A stretch of 63,310 nucleotides of DNA, filler included, from Collodictyon triciliatum (Eukaryota), in NCBI GenBank assembly GCA_043381765.1. It is 15 parts of 15 records of this genome, joined end to end, with 100 filler letters (N's around TTAATTAATTAA, not from the genome) between each part and the next. Parts side by side here need not be neighbours in the genome. Positions count along the whole stretch, not along the records: positions 32,497 to 40,635 come from JBHJMP010006666.1; positions 40,736 to 44,692 come from JBHJMP010006667.1; positions 44,793 to 48,749 come from JBHJMP010006668.1; positions 48,850 to 52,803 come from JBHJMP010006669.1; 11 more parts are not named here. One strand, written 5' to 3'. Each line of letters begins with the position of its first letter. Positions within the stretch are counted from its first letter, which is position 1. The notes under the pieces are model-generated. The model saw only the letters and a list, made by a program, of their open reading frames with translations, did no database searches and had not been told where the DNA came from. This document shows, in pieces, positions 37,388 to 48,974 of this stretch. A program made the translations under genes and the position numbers.

Positions 37388-40370
37388 TTATTTGCTGAAC
37401 TGCGTGAGAAGAGCATCCAGCTTCTGATTCAGTTGTCCCATGGCCAGGTTGGAGCTCTGCGATGATGCGTTGATGAGAAACCCGTCGTGAGTTGAGTATT
37501 AGAGATTACACGTACCAGCTCTGGATTTACATCGAAACCCATCAAGCACACAGAATAAGGCGAGGATGATGTCGCCTTTGTTTGGGACAGATACCAGCGC
37601 AATGTAAAGGTGTCTTGGGATGAAAAGAATGAGAATTCAATATTACCGCGACAGTCAAGTGGCCCGGTGCCGTTTGGAGGAGCTGGCGCTGCTTGGCAAG
37701 TTCCTTGCGGGCTTTGGAAAGATCGGAATCGTCCCCAGTACCGTAAGAGATTTCACCGCGGTGGTCAAAGTAGTAGGGAGTTTCAAGTTGAGGCACCTAA
37801 GATAGGATAGTGATGTTATCTGATATGTTCTCTTTTACCGAGGACGTAAACTCTGGTCACATCCTCCTTATGATGGAGCAATATAGAATATCATGCAACT
37901 CTGGTGCAGGAAGAACCAGTACCTCCCAGAATTCCCTGTCTTGGTAAAAGTCGGTTGCAGGTTCGAACTTCTTGATGAAAGCACCAGTGATGAGTCCAGA
38001 TGTGATGGCAATCCCAAGGGTAATGAAGAGAAACCCGATTTGAACACCAGCCTGTGAAGTTTGAGAGGGAATAGTATTTCAATTCAAGGAATTATGGAAA
38101 GTCACTGAGATTCTTTCCATAAAAAAAAAAGCCTCATTGCAATCAAAACGAGAGCACAGTGGAGATAGATATTTAAACGGGCCCTGATAAAATACCGCGA
38201 TGATGTATTACCTGCTCCTGCATGGTTCTGTCGTAGTTGATGACACCTGGGAAAACACTGTAAAGGGTGTCACCTTGATAGAACTCGAGCTTGGCAAATC
38301 CAGCAATGACAGCGCTGAGAGCCCCTGAAATCACTCCGGGCATACCGTGCAAGTTATGGACACCACATGTGTCATGGAGTCTGAGATACTTCTCCAAGAA
38401 CCCTTGGACGTAGACAAATCCGAAGACACTGATTGAGCCTGCAGCACAACCAATGACAAGGCTTCCGAACGGATACGGATTCATGTTTGCGACAGAGCCA
38501 ATTGCAACACCCCCAGCAAGCGTGGCATTCTGAACATCGACCATGTGGAAGCGCTCATCACCGCGCAGGAAGCGAGAGGTAATGAAGGCAGTAACGCAGC
38601 TTCCAGACAGGGAGATGACGGTATTAATGATGGCGCGTTGCTCGGAATCAGGAGTACCAGGGGCACTGTTGAAGCTTGGCCAGAACATCCACAGGAAAAC
38701 AGTTCCGATCATCGAGAAAAGATCTGACCTGTTGGATGCACATGTCGATTAAGAAAATACATCCGCAATACACGAGACGGCAGAGTAAATAAGTATGGCC
38801 ACATGAAGTAACATGACCAAATATGAAAATATATATCAGCAATTAACGAGTGCTACGTTATTCAGTATTTGTATTTGTAACATATAACAAATGTGCACCT
38901 GTAATCGGCAGAATTGTCTGAGCGACCACGAGCCTTAGAGGAAGTCAGCATAGCAGAGGCAGACAGTCCAAAGTATGCTCCAAATGTATGAATCACCATG
39001 GAACCACCAATATCGGCAACGTTGAGGAAGTTGCAGATGGTTTCGTTAAGGGAATAGAAGATGACTTCAAAGAATGCGACGAGCAAAAGTTGAGTTGGGC
39101 TCACCTATTATCGATGTGAAATAATTAGATGACAAGAAAAATGAAACAGGATACATCCAACACAAAAAAAATAAAATATTATCTATGGAAAAATAAAGAG
39201 AGAGAGAGAAAAAAGCTATTTGTGTCAAATAATAATAGAATCTTGATTAAAGACTTAAATCACTTGTGATGGTTGTTGTTTTGAAAGTAGAGGGAGAGTG
39301 GATGGTGGACAAATATAAATGAGAAATAAAATACAATCACAATATCATTTAACTTGAAAATAACTTTGAGAAAAAAAAGGGGATTTTACAACAAAATCTC
39401 AGAAGAGAAATAAGGGGAGTTACCTTTCCTAGGAGCGCGCCATATGTGATAAGGACGGAGCCAGCAGCAAAGTCGGCCAGGACAAACTTGTAGATATCGA
39501 TCTCGAGGGCCTCGTCCAGCTTGTCATGGAACAGATGCTCCCAGAAGCCGCCGCAGAGGATGTACCACTGGATGACAAACGCGCCGATGAGGAAATTGAA
39601 CCCAACTGAGGAGTAGCCGTACTTTCGCAGGAAAGTCATGAGAAAGCCGAAGCCGATAAAGATCATGACATGGACGTCCTGGAACTGCGGGTATCCGTTA
39701 TCGATTTGGCCATCGCCGTCCTCAGTGTAAAGGTCGTCCGAGTAGCGGACAAACAGTCCAAAGAACAGGATAAAGAGAGCCTGGAAGCCACCGAAGATGG
39801 GGACAAACCAGCTCTCTCGGTGCGTCTCGGCAAGAACTCCACCGTACTCCTCAAGCTTCTCGCGGACTTGGTCCTGACCCACACGGGCGGCGTGGCGAAT
39901 GGCGTCTGTCAACGGGCTGCCTCCAAAGCGGTCCTGAGCGTGGACATCGGCTCCGCGTGAAAGCAGAAACTCCACCACTTCCAAGTGGCCCTCGCTCGAG
40001 GCAAGATGCAGTGGTGTGCGGCTGTCGTAATCAGCGCAGTTGACCGAGACTCCAACGCGCACAAGGCGCTGAACGTGGGGAAGATCTCCCGCGCCAGCTA
40101 TGTTAATATGGTTTGTCTTTGGTTATGTTTTGATTTCTTTAATGTTTTCTTTATTTTTGTTTCGTTTTTTTTGTTTCGTTTTTTTTGTTTCGTTTTTTTT
40201 GTTTCGTTTTTTTGTTTCGTTTTTTGTTTCGTTTTTTGTTTCGTTTTTTTGTTTGTTTGTGAACAAACCTGCAGCAATCAAGTCAGTCTCAAGTTCATTA
40301 GGATTTCCGGAGCGGGCGCCAGAGAGAGCGAGGATATCGACAACACCGTCATTTTTGACACGGAGAGCAT
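37388..40370 (-). CDS. Ankyrin repeat - Rh (Rhesus-type ammonium/gas channel) fusion protein, 5' truncated
   Basis: ANK repeats (DYDSRTPLHLASSEGHLEVVEFLL..GADV...DRFGGSPL) run in one exon into Rh motifs YPQFQDVHVMIFIGFGFLMTFLRKYG. Later exons give DIGGSMVIHTFGAYFGL, IGTVFLWMFWPSFNS, QNATLAGGVAIG and LHDTCGVHNLHGMPG. The last exon (..LNQKLDALLTQFSK*) is tentative. Confidence 0.93.
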
Positions 40371-40479
40371 CTTTTTGAATGTTAGTATAGGGAAGGAAGA
40401 TTATGGAGTGAAGAAAGTTACTTTTGAAAGGTATGATATTGAACTATAGTGTAATATTTCTGTATTAATTGCATCGTTC

Positions 40480-40635
40480 CTGTTTCTGTTTCTTTGCGCT
40501 TCTGTTTCTGTTTCTGCTTCTGTTTCTGCTTATGTTTCTGTTTCTGTTTCTGTTTCTGTTTCTGTTTCTGTTTCTGTTTCTGTTTCTGTTTCTGTTTCTG
40601 TTTCTGTTTCTGTTTCTGTTTCTGTTTCTGTTTCT
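40480..40635. repeat. (TTTCTG)n microsatellite
   Basis: Hexamer run in the ANK-Rh intron, ending at the contig end. Confidence 0.95.
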
Positions 40636-40997
40636 NNNNNNNNNNNNNNNNNNNNNNNNNNNNNNNNNNNNNNNNNNNNTTAATTAATTAANNNNNNNNN
40701 NNNNNNNNNNNNNNNNNNNNNNNNNNNNNNNNNNNGGCAAATCAGTTCTCAGAGAATGATGGCAAATGAACAAGAGAATAGAACGCCTGATGTAATCATT
40801 TGTATCAATCGTAAATAATACAATAAGATATTCATATGAGCATATTTACAGGGGACTCGCGATGCTGTAGTCCTAGAAATCAAAAGCAGTTTTCATGATT
40901 TATTAATATTAATAATAGTATCATTATCAGTATCATTATCATTATCATCATCATCATTATTATTATTATCATCATCATCATCATCATCATTATTATT

Positions 40998-41038
<41 letters not shown>

Positions 41039-41340
41039 AATTTTATTACTAATAGCGAAATTTTCGGAGTAAATTAATTCATGAATCCTCGTGTCAACGG
41101 TCTCCTCTTTATGATTTTCATGGTGCGCATGATGTCCTGCGAATAACTTCCATCGAAACTCCCAGAACTGTATCTTTTCTTTCATAATTATGAAATAATA
41201 TTTTTTTTAAAAGAAAAACAATTTAGAATGCATCCGTATGATTGTAATCCTTTTTTTCCCCTTATATATACAATCTTCATTTGATGTTGAGGTTCTGACT
41301 TTTTCAAGAGTCTTATATTTTCTTTTCTTCTAATAAAAAG

Positions 41341-42270
41341 GAGGCTGTGTCTTTCCATGGAGGAGTATTTTCCCGACGAGATACCAGTACCAGTTTTCAT
41401 AGCGACCGCAACATCAGAAACTCCGATTCATATACCGATATATACCCAGAAAACGTATCTGCATCCGACTATGACGTAATCCGTTTTTTCGTTATTGCTG
41501 ATAGCTATTTTTAGAGTATATCATGTTATTCCTTAAAATATATTATGGGGATATTGGAAAATCTCATGAGGTGTGGAATCATGCTTCGTAAACTAATAAC
41601 CAAACCAATTTATAGCGAAAAAAACACATTCTCTTGAAAGGAAGCGATATCCATCCCGTCTCACAAATGACGTCTTATTATTTTGACTCAAGCGCGACTG
41701 ATCTGGAAAAGACTGTGCAAGAAAATGAGGACAGGCGAGGCCATACCACTGAAGTTCCTCAAAGAGTCGATGGAGTGACAGTTCATCACCAATCTCCCGA
41801 AAGACACCATCACCAGCCAGTAATCCTAATTTAGTGTTCATAGAACTCGAAGCACTCAAAATTAATCTGAGAGCATAATGGATAAAAATAAAGGAGAATA
41901 GTATTCTTTTATACATTAAAATAACCTTGATATATTTCTTATCGACGCCCAATAGCCAACACAAAAGACCTCAGGAAAACAAGCAGATCTAACTACGCAG
42001 GCGCTGGACTCCTTTTCCATGCACAGTCAAACTACGCCAAAGGATATACGATATATGTACCTTGTGCAACAGCATCGACTTCGCATCCGGCAAGAAATAT
42101 CACACGGCCTTGTTCACTCTCTTGTCCAAGCCATGAATTTGGACCAGACAGAGTCCGAAATCCAGTGCGCAACACTCATCCGGGAGATCGAGCTACTGGA
42201 GGAATCCCGCCTCAACGAACTACTTTCAGCACCTGGCGTGACTCTTGAATCGCAGCTGGACGAAAACTGA
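41341..42270 (+). CDS. Hypothetical protein (3' exons)
   Basis: AG/GT-bounded open segments 41641-41819 and 41956-42270, ending ..LIREIELLEESRLNELL..QLDEN*. No recognisable domain. Confidence 0.4.
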
Positions 42271-42674
42271 TTATCTTTTTGGGCCAGCGAATAATATTAG
42301 GGCGATACCAAAAAAAAAAAAAAAAATATGGCGCAATGCTTAGGCGCACCCTATTTTCATATCCAACATACTACATGTCTAATTAGCCTCGTCGACTCAC
42401 GAGGCGTCTGTTGTTGACCGAACTAATATAACGCATCTATATTTTTTTCTTATTGAATTGTCGAAAATCAACCGATGGCAATGGCGACTATGGAAAATAA
42501 ACTTCTTTTAAAAAAATCTTTGTTAACTTTGCAAACTTGAAAAAAACAAAACTAATTTAGCCTGCACTGTCACACAAAAAGGAACAGAAAAATGTGAGTT
42601 CCGAAGGAATAACAGATGCAATAGCGGGAAGCCAAAACAAAGGGGATTCAGCGGTCGCGCCAGGTGTTCAAAAA

Positions 42675-42757
42675 CCTGCTCTACCAACTGAGCTACTGGG
42701 CACAAACAATGCGCACCCAGGTGAGAATCGAACACACGACCAGGAGGTTAAAAGCCT
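42675..42757 (-). tRNA. Circularly permuted tRNA-Lys(UUU)-like gene (3' part 42757-42713, spacer 42712-42703, 5' part 42702-42675)
   Basis: Minus strand: AGG CTTTTAA CCTCC TGGTC GTGTG TTCGATT CTCAC CTGGGTG C (positions 29-73), then a 10 nt spacer, then TGCCCAG TA GCTC AGTTGGTA GAGC A GG (positions 1-28). Joined, these give a full cloverleaf with a perfect GGAGG/CCTCC anticodon stem. Confidence 0.85.
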
Positions 42758-43037
42758 AACGAAGTAACACCCAACTAGCGCATCAACCCCACAAAACAAG
42801 ATAATTGACAGTTTATAACATCAAACTTTCCATACAAACAAGGTATGGACTCGCCAAAATGACGACCTTAATGGCTGTTCGGCATCTCTTACTCTCATTA
42901 TTTTTTAAACTTCCATTTTGTTAAACTATTTAATTATTTTTTTTTTCAGGGCGATGAGGCGCTTGCTTCCCGTGTTGGATGTGAGAAAAGGAGTGAATGA
43001 GGGCTGCTCAGCAATGTACTTTTTTTTTCACAAGTGC

Positions 43038-44320
43038 TTATTTCTTTCCTTTTGGTTTCCCTTTCTTCTTTTCCTTCTTTGCGGCATTTTTTATGCAAAC
43101 CGCATCAATTTGAGCAAGAATGGCAGACCCTTCAACTCCGGCGTGATTGCCAATAGCATGGACCGATGTGATTGAGGGGCATCCTCTGTAAAGAAATAGG
43201 TGTGGAGGCTTTAGTTTATCTTCTTGCGAAAGAAATGTGCAGATATATATTCCCCCTGGTGTGAGCAAGAAAAGGGAGACATATGAATGAACTAAAGTAG
43301 GAAGTAACGTGACAGTGGAGAGGTTTTATAATTCCTTTACTTCACTGCCTCGGCCAAAATATTAAGACCTTCGAGCCCAATGTGATTACACTCAATATTC
43401 AGAGAAACCAAGGTTCTAGATTACAGAGTAGGCCAATTAAAATTTTATACAACCATTCACAAACACCAAAAGACAAGATTAAATAGCCAAATGTCGATAG
43501 ACATGATATCTTACTTGCTCATTTTGATGGCCTCTCCAAGGTGCCTCATCCCCTCTACTGTGATACTGTTTTCTCCCAGATTGACATGGGTCATTTCCCG
43601 GACCTTGATTAGGCGGGACACCATTTCGGCTCCTTCATCTCCGATCTTGTTACAGGCAAGATTTAGTGCGGCAAAATGCTCCTTCGTCTTGAGCTTCTCG
43701 GCTATCAGACGCAGACCAATAGCTGTCAAGGTATTATGGCCTAATTGGAGACTTCGAATCGAGCAGGAAATGAATTTGGTAGTTCAGACAGAAAGCCAGC
43801 CAGTCAATCGAAAAGCAGTTTAGCGAGTTATCTCCATTAGGGTAAAGCGGTTCAGGAATAGATATAATTGGGGAAGGGAAACAAAAGAAAAAACAAAGAG
43901 AATAATAATAATAACAATAATAATCATAATATTAAATATATGAGTGGGGGTCAGACCTGACCAGCGCTGTATTACGGTCGAGGAGGTCCGACAATGTATG
44001 AGCATCAAGGTCGCTAAAGCCAGTGCCACTCAAATTGATTTCAGTCACTGTGAGAGCGTCCGAGGTTCTGAGTACGTTTGTGATCTGCGGTCCAAACATA
44101 AAAGCAGCAGACAGTTTTCAGCGGTGGTTATGTGAACAGTTGGACCAAGTGAAGAGGCGCACGTGTTCGGCACGGACATGTAGATAAAAAGAAAGAGAAA
44201 AGAGAGTGAAAATAAGCGAAGAGAAGAGCAGGGAAAAAGTACCATTTGGAGGGGACTGGCAGGTGCTTTGATGATGTCCTCTGCAGTAAGGATCGGGCGT
44301 GATCCGCTGGAGCCGGCCAT
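43038..44320 (-). CDS. RI-like leucine-rich repeat protein
   Basis: Repeats INLSGTGFSD, LQLGHNTLTAIG, LNLACNKIGDEGA, VNLGENSITVEGM and LNIECNHIGLEGL, with a lysine-rich C-terminus ..KKKGKPKGKK*. Confidence 0.85.
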
Positions 44321-45203
44321 TTCTGTCTGGTCTCTGTGGCTTTTCTTTTTCCTTTTCTTCTTCCCTAAAGGTTGTATGTTTTGGACTTGGTTGTTTGGAT
44401 TCTGTTTGGTGCGATCTTTTCTTGTTGCGTTATTTTGATTATACTTTTTTTTTTTTTTGAGAACTGAAATGAGATGGGGTTAATCGGGGATAACTGCTTT
44501 CGATGTGCATGATATACAAAATTATATATACTCTATATGAAATTTGGTATTATTCACAACTTTGAGGGATCAGATAGGTAAAAAATAGTTATTTACAATA
44601 TTTTCCAGATTTAAGATTGGATGAAAATAGCCCTGCCCACAAAAAACAAAAAACAAAAAACAAAAAACAAAAAACAAAAAACAAAAAACAAANNNNNNNN
44701 NNNNNNNNNNNNNNNNNNNNNNNNNNNNNNNNNNNNTTAATTAATTAANNNNNNNNNNNNNNNNNNNNNNNNNNNNNNNNNNNNNNNNNNNNTTGTTTTT
44801 TTTTTGTTTTTGTTTTTGTTTTTGTTTTGTTTTTGTTTGTTTTTTGCTTGTTAGACGGTTGGTTCTGTTTCAGATCAGATTCGTTGGGGTTGGGGGCGTT
44901 GTGGGCGCGGTGGGAAGCGGAGCGGAACGGCCGAATGGGAAAGTCCTTGCTGTTTGGTGAGCCGAATCGACGAAATGGGATGACAGATTATATATTCTCT
45001 TGGGAACTGGGCTATATTCAAAGAAAAGCGTGCTTGTATGTGTAATATTCGGTAGTGAGGGTTCGAAGCATTTACCAGCTCTTTGTCCCAACGCCCCTGA
45101 TTTAATGAGAACTATGGTATTATTCGAGGCACCCCCCTTTTTTTTTTTCTTTTTTCCTTTTATTTCTCCCCTTTACACGGCACCGACCACCCTTTTGAGC
45201 AAG

Positions 45204-47984
45204 CTACTTCGACTCTTTGAACTGGTTCGAACCGTGCTTTCTGGGCGGCTGTCTTTGGTTTGGCCTTGAATGGAGAGACGGTGGCGACGATGACGATGAC
45301 AACGAGGGAAGGGTCGGCGAAGAGAGAGGTGCGTTCATGCCAGACAGGGAAAGCAGGAGCGCTTGTTGCAAAGCTTCATCCACTCCATAATCTGATGATA
45401 AAGGTGCGTAGTCGTTTGAACTTCGAGTGGCACTGGTTGAGCTGGACGCACGGTTTGAATAGGGGGATTTGGGATCATCCTTTGGCTGGAAGGAATTGGG
45501 CGACCTCCCGCTTTGCAGACTTATACCGTAGTCCGCGTATAGAGAAGGGTCCAAGTAGCCTGTGGTTCGGTACAGATTCACGTAGTATTCTCTTTCGGAT
45601 GCAGCCAGAATGGAATCTTCAATTCCTTTTTCAGATGCATCTAATTCCGATTCCTTCATAGATTGCTTGACAATTTCCTATGCGTTTGCGAATAAAATAT
45701 TTGATTTGGATTTTGTCCGTAGAGAAAAGGGTGATACAAATGGTTTTTAATTCTTTGACAAAATCCTCGACATGAGTTCACAATTTTACCTTTTCTATTT
45801 CGAGGTCTTCCGAGGCTTTTGTAGCAGCTAATATTTGGTTCTTTTCGTTCGCCTGTATATTAAATTCTCGCATTATCGTTAACCACATAACAAATGCAAA
45901 TTAATGTCTGCTTATCTGTACAGATGGGTAAAATACAACAGTAGACTATGGAAAAACACAATTTGAAATGTTTTATGGCCCTTGTAGTAAATTAAAAAAT
46001 CCAAAGTCTTACGCGAAGGTCGAGATTTGGAAGACCCAAGCCAGCACCAACCGAGGGGGCCAATGGATCGATTATTGAGTTGTAATGGCTCCTTCTGTGA
46101 TAGCTAACTCTGATGGGTGGATTGTCCGTGTGATAGGTTGTTTGGAAAATGTTGATAGGCTCTGAAGTGAATGATATTTAACAAAAAAAAATCATGATAT
46201 GACAAATATGAGTTCAAATACTCGTTGAATGTGCATATTTAGATAACTGGTATGATTTCGATAAAGTAACAAACCCAAATCATAGAAATAGACTTCGATT
46301 GGACGCCCATATATCTCCGTTAAGGCTTGTATTTCAACGGCATTTGCATAAGAGCCCAGTGCTCTTTTTCTGGTTACATATTCTCTGAAATCCTCCAAAA
46401 TGAACTCAGAAAAATGCTCTTCATCCGACTCCTACTTGCACAGTTTTTTTTAAAAAACCATCGAAGCAAATATAATCAAATGTTCTGATGAAAAGGCACA
46501 TGATTAAAAAATAAGGAAAGTATTTATATTACAATATGGTCCATGCAACGGGCGCGGACAACGTCATGCATTTCTGCATCACCATATACCTGATGCGCTA
46601 AGAAAACAGAAAATCGAGGACGCGAATTAGATACACAAATACATCCAAACGCATTCAGGTAGATACAACAAAGGAAAATATACCGACAGCACGGAAAAGG
46701 CAGTTTCCATCTCCAGCCATGGTCTCTATCACAAATCCTTTCTCTCTTTTTAATTTGGCTTCAAATTCACATTCAATTTGAATCTAAGTAAAATATTCAA
46801 TAAAAATATGGCAATCAAGCGATTTAACGTTCATCTAAATATATGGGATGTCTGCAAGCTTTGTGACTTGTTTCTAATCAATGTTTTATTTTTACCATAT
46901 GCTCCTTACTCGTTGAATTACTTCTCGGAATTCCGTAATATTCGTCAGAACTATTATATCCTTCTTCGTGAATATCTTGCTTCTTTGTATCGATAGACAT
47001 CTGCTTCCTCCCTGAATTATCCGAATTTCAGCACATGGCCAGGAAAAATGTTAGTTGCATTTACATTACAGCAATTTATTCTTATTATTTTTGTTAATGT
47101 ATGGTATGTATCACATAAAGAGTGCCACCTTCTATAAAAAAAAATATATGCAATCGATGGGATAACATTTCATACTGAAAAACAAAGGCAAGTAAACATC
47201 AATTAATTATGAGTCTGAATGACTATTGATGGGATAAAATTTCGGATTGATTACATGCAGTATATGTCCTCTCACATGAATAAAAAATAATAATTTCCTT
47301 GTAAGTTATACTAGATAAAATAAAATGTAAACATAATATCATATGATTAAGTGTACCATGTATACAGGTATTGTCACTATGCCCTATGTCTCTCTCAAAG
47401 TGTATTCCCCTTTCTCTTTTTCGGGATTTCTTCTCAGGAGGGATAATGGAATACCCTTTGAAAATGTGATTATTACCTAATTCTGACTCCATTTTATCAG
47501 CATCCGCAGTTCCATGCATGATTGAAGATGAGGCTGAGGCTGAGGCTGAGGCCGGTGTTAGCTGTCCTCTTTGGTGATTGGGAATCTCTTCCATTGTTGG
47601 ATTCACTCGGTTTAACCTTGGATGAGTGCGAGAGCTTGCATTTAGTGGCGTCGATACATCGATTGGTTGCGGCAATTCGGCTGTGTTTACATGGGCCCCA
47701 ACCAAAGTACGAGGATTTCCTGATCGTGATTGGATATCGTTTCTGCGACTGCGGGCGATCGGACTGTTTGCTGACCCTGCTTGTATGGATTGCGCTAGAT
47801 GTGCTGCTTGCGGTGATATTGAGTGGGCCGCATTGGAATAGACAATTAGGCGTTCTCGACTTTGCGGTTGGTCTTCTGCAAGATTGGACTCGCTCGCAGA
47901 ATCGTTGCGGGATAAAATCGGTGTGCTCTCTGCGTTTCTTGATGCGTGTGCTGGTTGTCTTCCGCTCCCAGGGATGATTCTCAT
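45204..47984 (-). CDS. OTUD5: OTU deubiquitinase, OTUD5-like
   Basis: Spliced OTU domain with Cys box GDGNCLFRAV/AHQVYGDAEMHDVVR, EIQALTEIYGRPIEVY and His box PPIRVSYHRRSHYNSIIDP..VGAGLGLP. C-terminal UIM-like DEALQQALLLSL. Confidence 0.9.
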
Positions 47985-48974
47985 TCTTGGTTGGAAAAGC
48001 TATTGGGGGTCGTGTGCGTAATGCTAAGTCCTCTATTTACTTCCCACAATATTGAAAGAGAGAGTGGAGGGCGAGAAAATATGGAGAAATAGAGAGAAAA
48101 GGAAAGGCGATGTTAGGGATGTCGTTGATGACCTCAGCCTCGTGTGTATGTTCTCCAGCCGCGTTGTAATATTTGAAAGAGCAAGGACGATCACACTTGT
48201 GGGTATTTGAAACCATCCAAATCCGTTTATATATTTTTCCTTTTTCTTTTTCTTTTCCTTTTTCTTTTTCCTTTTTCCTTTTCTTTTCTTTTCTTTTTCT
48301 TTTTCTTTTTCTTTTTCTTTTTCTTTTTCTTTTTCCTTTTCTTTTGCTGTTGGTTCTGGCTGTAATGTTCCACGACTCTTTGTAACCAGCTTATTTCTAT
48401 GCGCTGGAATAGATCGGGATGTGTGCTATTTTCCGGAATAAGCAGGAGTTTCCGAGATTCTACAAGTTCCAAAATCTTGATTGTGGGTGATTTCATTTAT
48501 GGAATTTATAAATATAAATCGTTTGTCTCCAATTTGTGTATTATATCTTGCCATCTACATTATAATTAAACATATAATAATATATATTAAATAAAAATAT
48601 AACAATATCGCATGATTGCTGAATAGAAGGTTATCCATCAGGATTCTGGGAAAACAAAACAACAAAACAACAAAACAACAAAACAACAAAACAACAAAAC
48701 AACAAAACAACAAAACAACAAAACAACAAAACAACAAAACAACAAAACANNNNNNNNNNNNNNNNNNNNNNNNNNNNNNNNNNNNNNNNNNNNTTAATTA
48801 ATTAANNNNNNNNNNNNNNNNNNNNNNNNNNNNNNNNNNNNNNNNNNNNAACAAACAAACAAAAAACAAACAAACAAAAAACAAACAAACAAAAAACAAA
48901 CAAACAAAAAACAAACAAACAAAAAAAACAAACAAATAAACAAACAAATAAACAAACAAAAAACAATTCGGCAG

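Noticed and set aside
41593-41964. Minus-strand LFEELQWYGL resembling a KCTD BTB motif
   Set aside because: No upstream LNVGG or DRD motifs in the right order. Splice signals fit a plus-strand gene better.
42386-42405. Hairpin GCCTCGT-CGACTC-ACGAGGC near the permuted tRNA
   Set aside because: A single 7 bp stem is expected by chance, and nothing links it to the tRNA-like unit 230 bp away.
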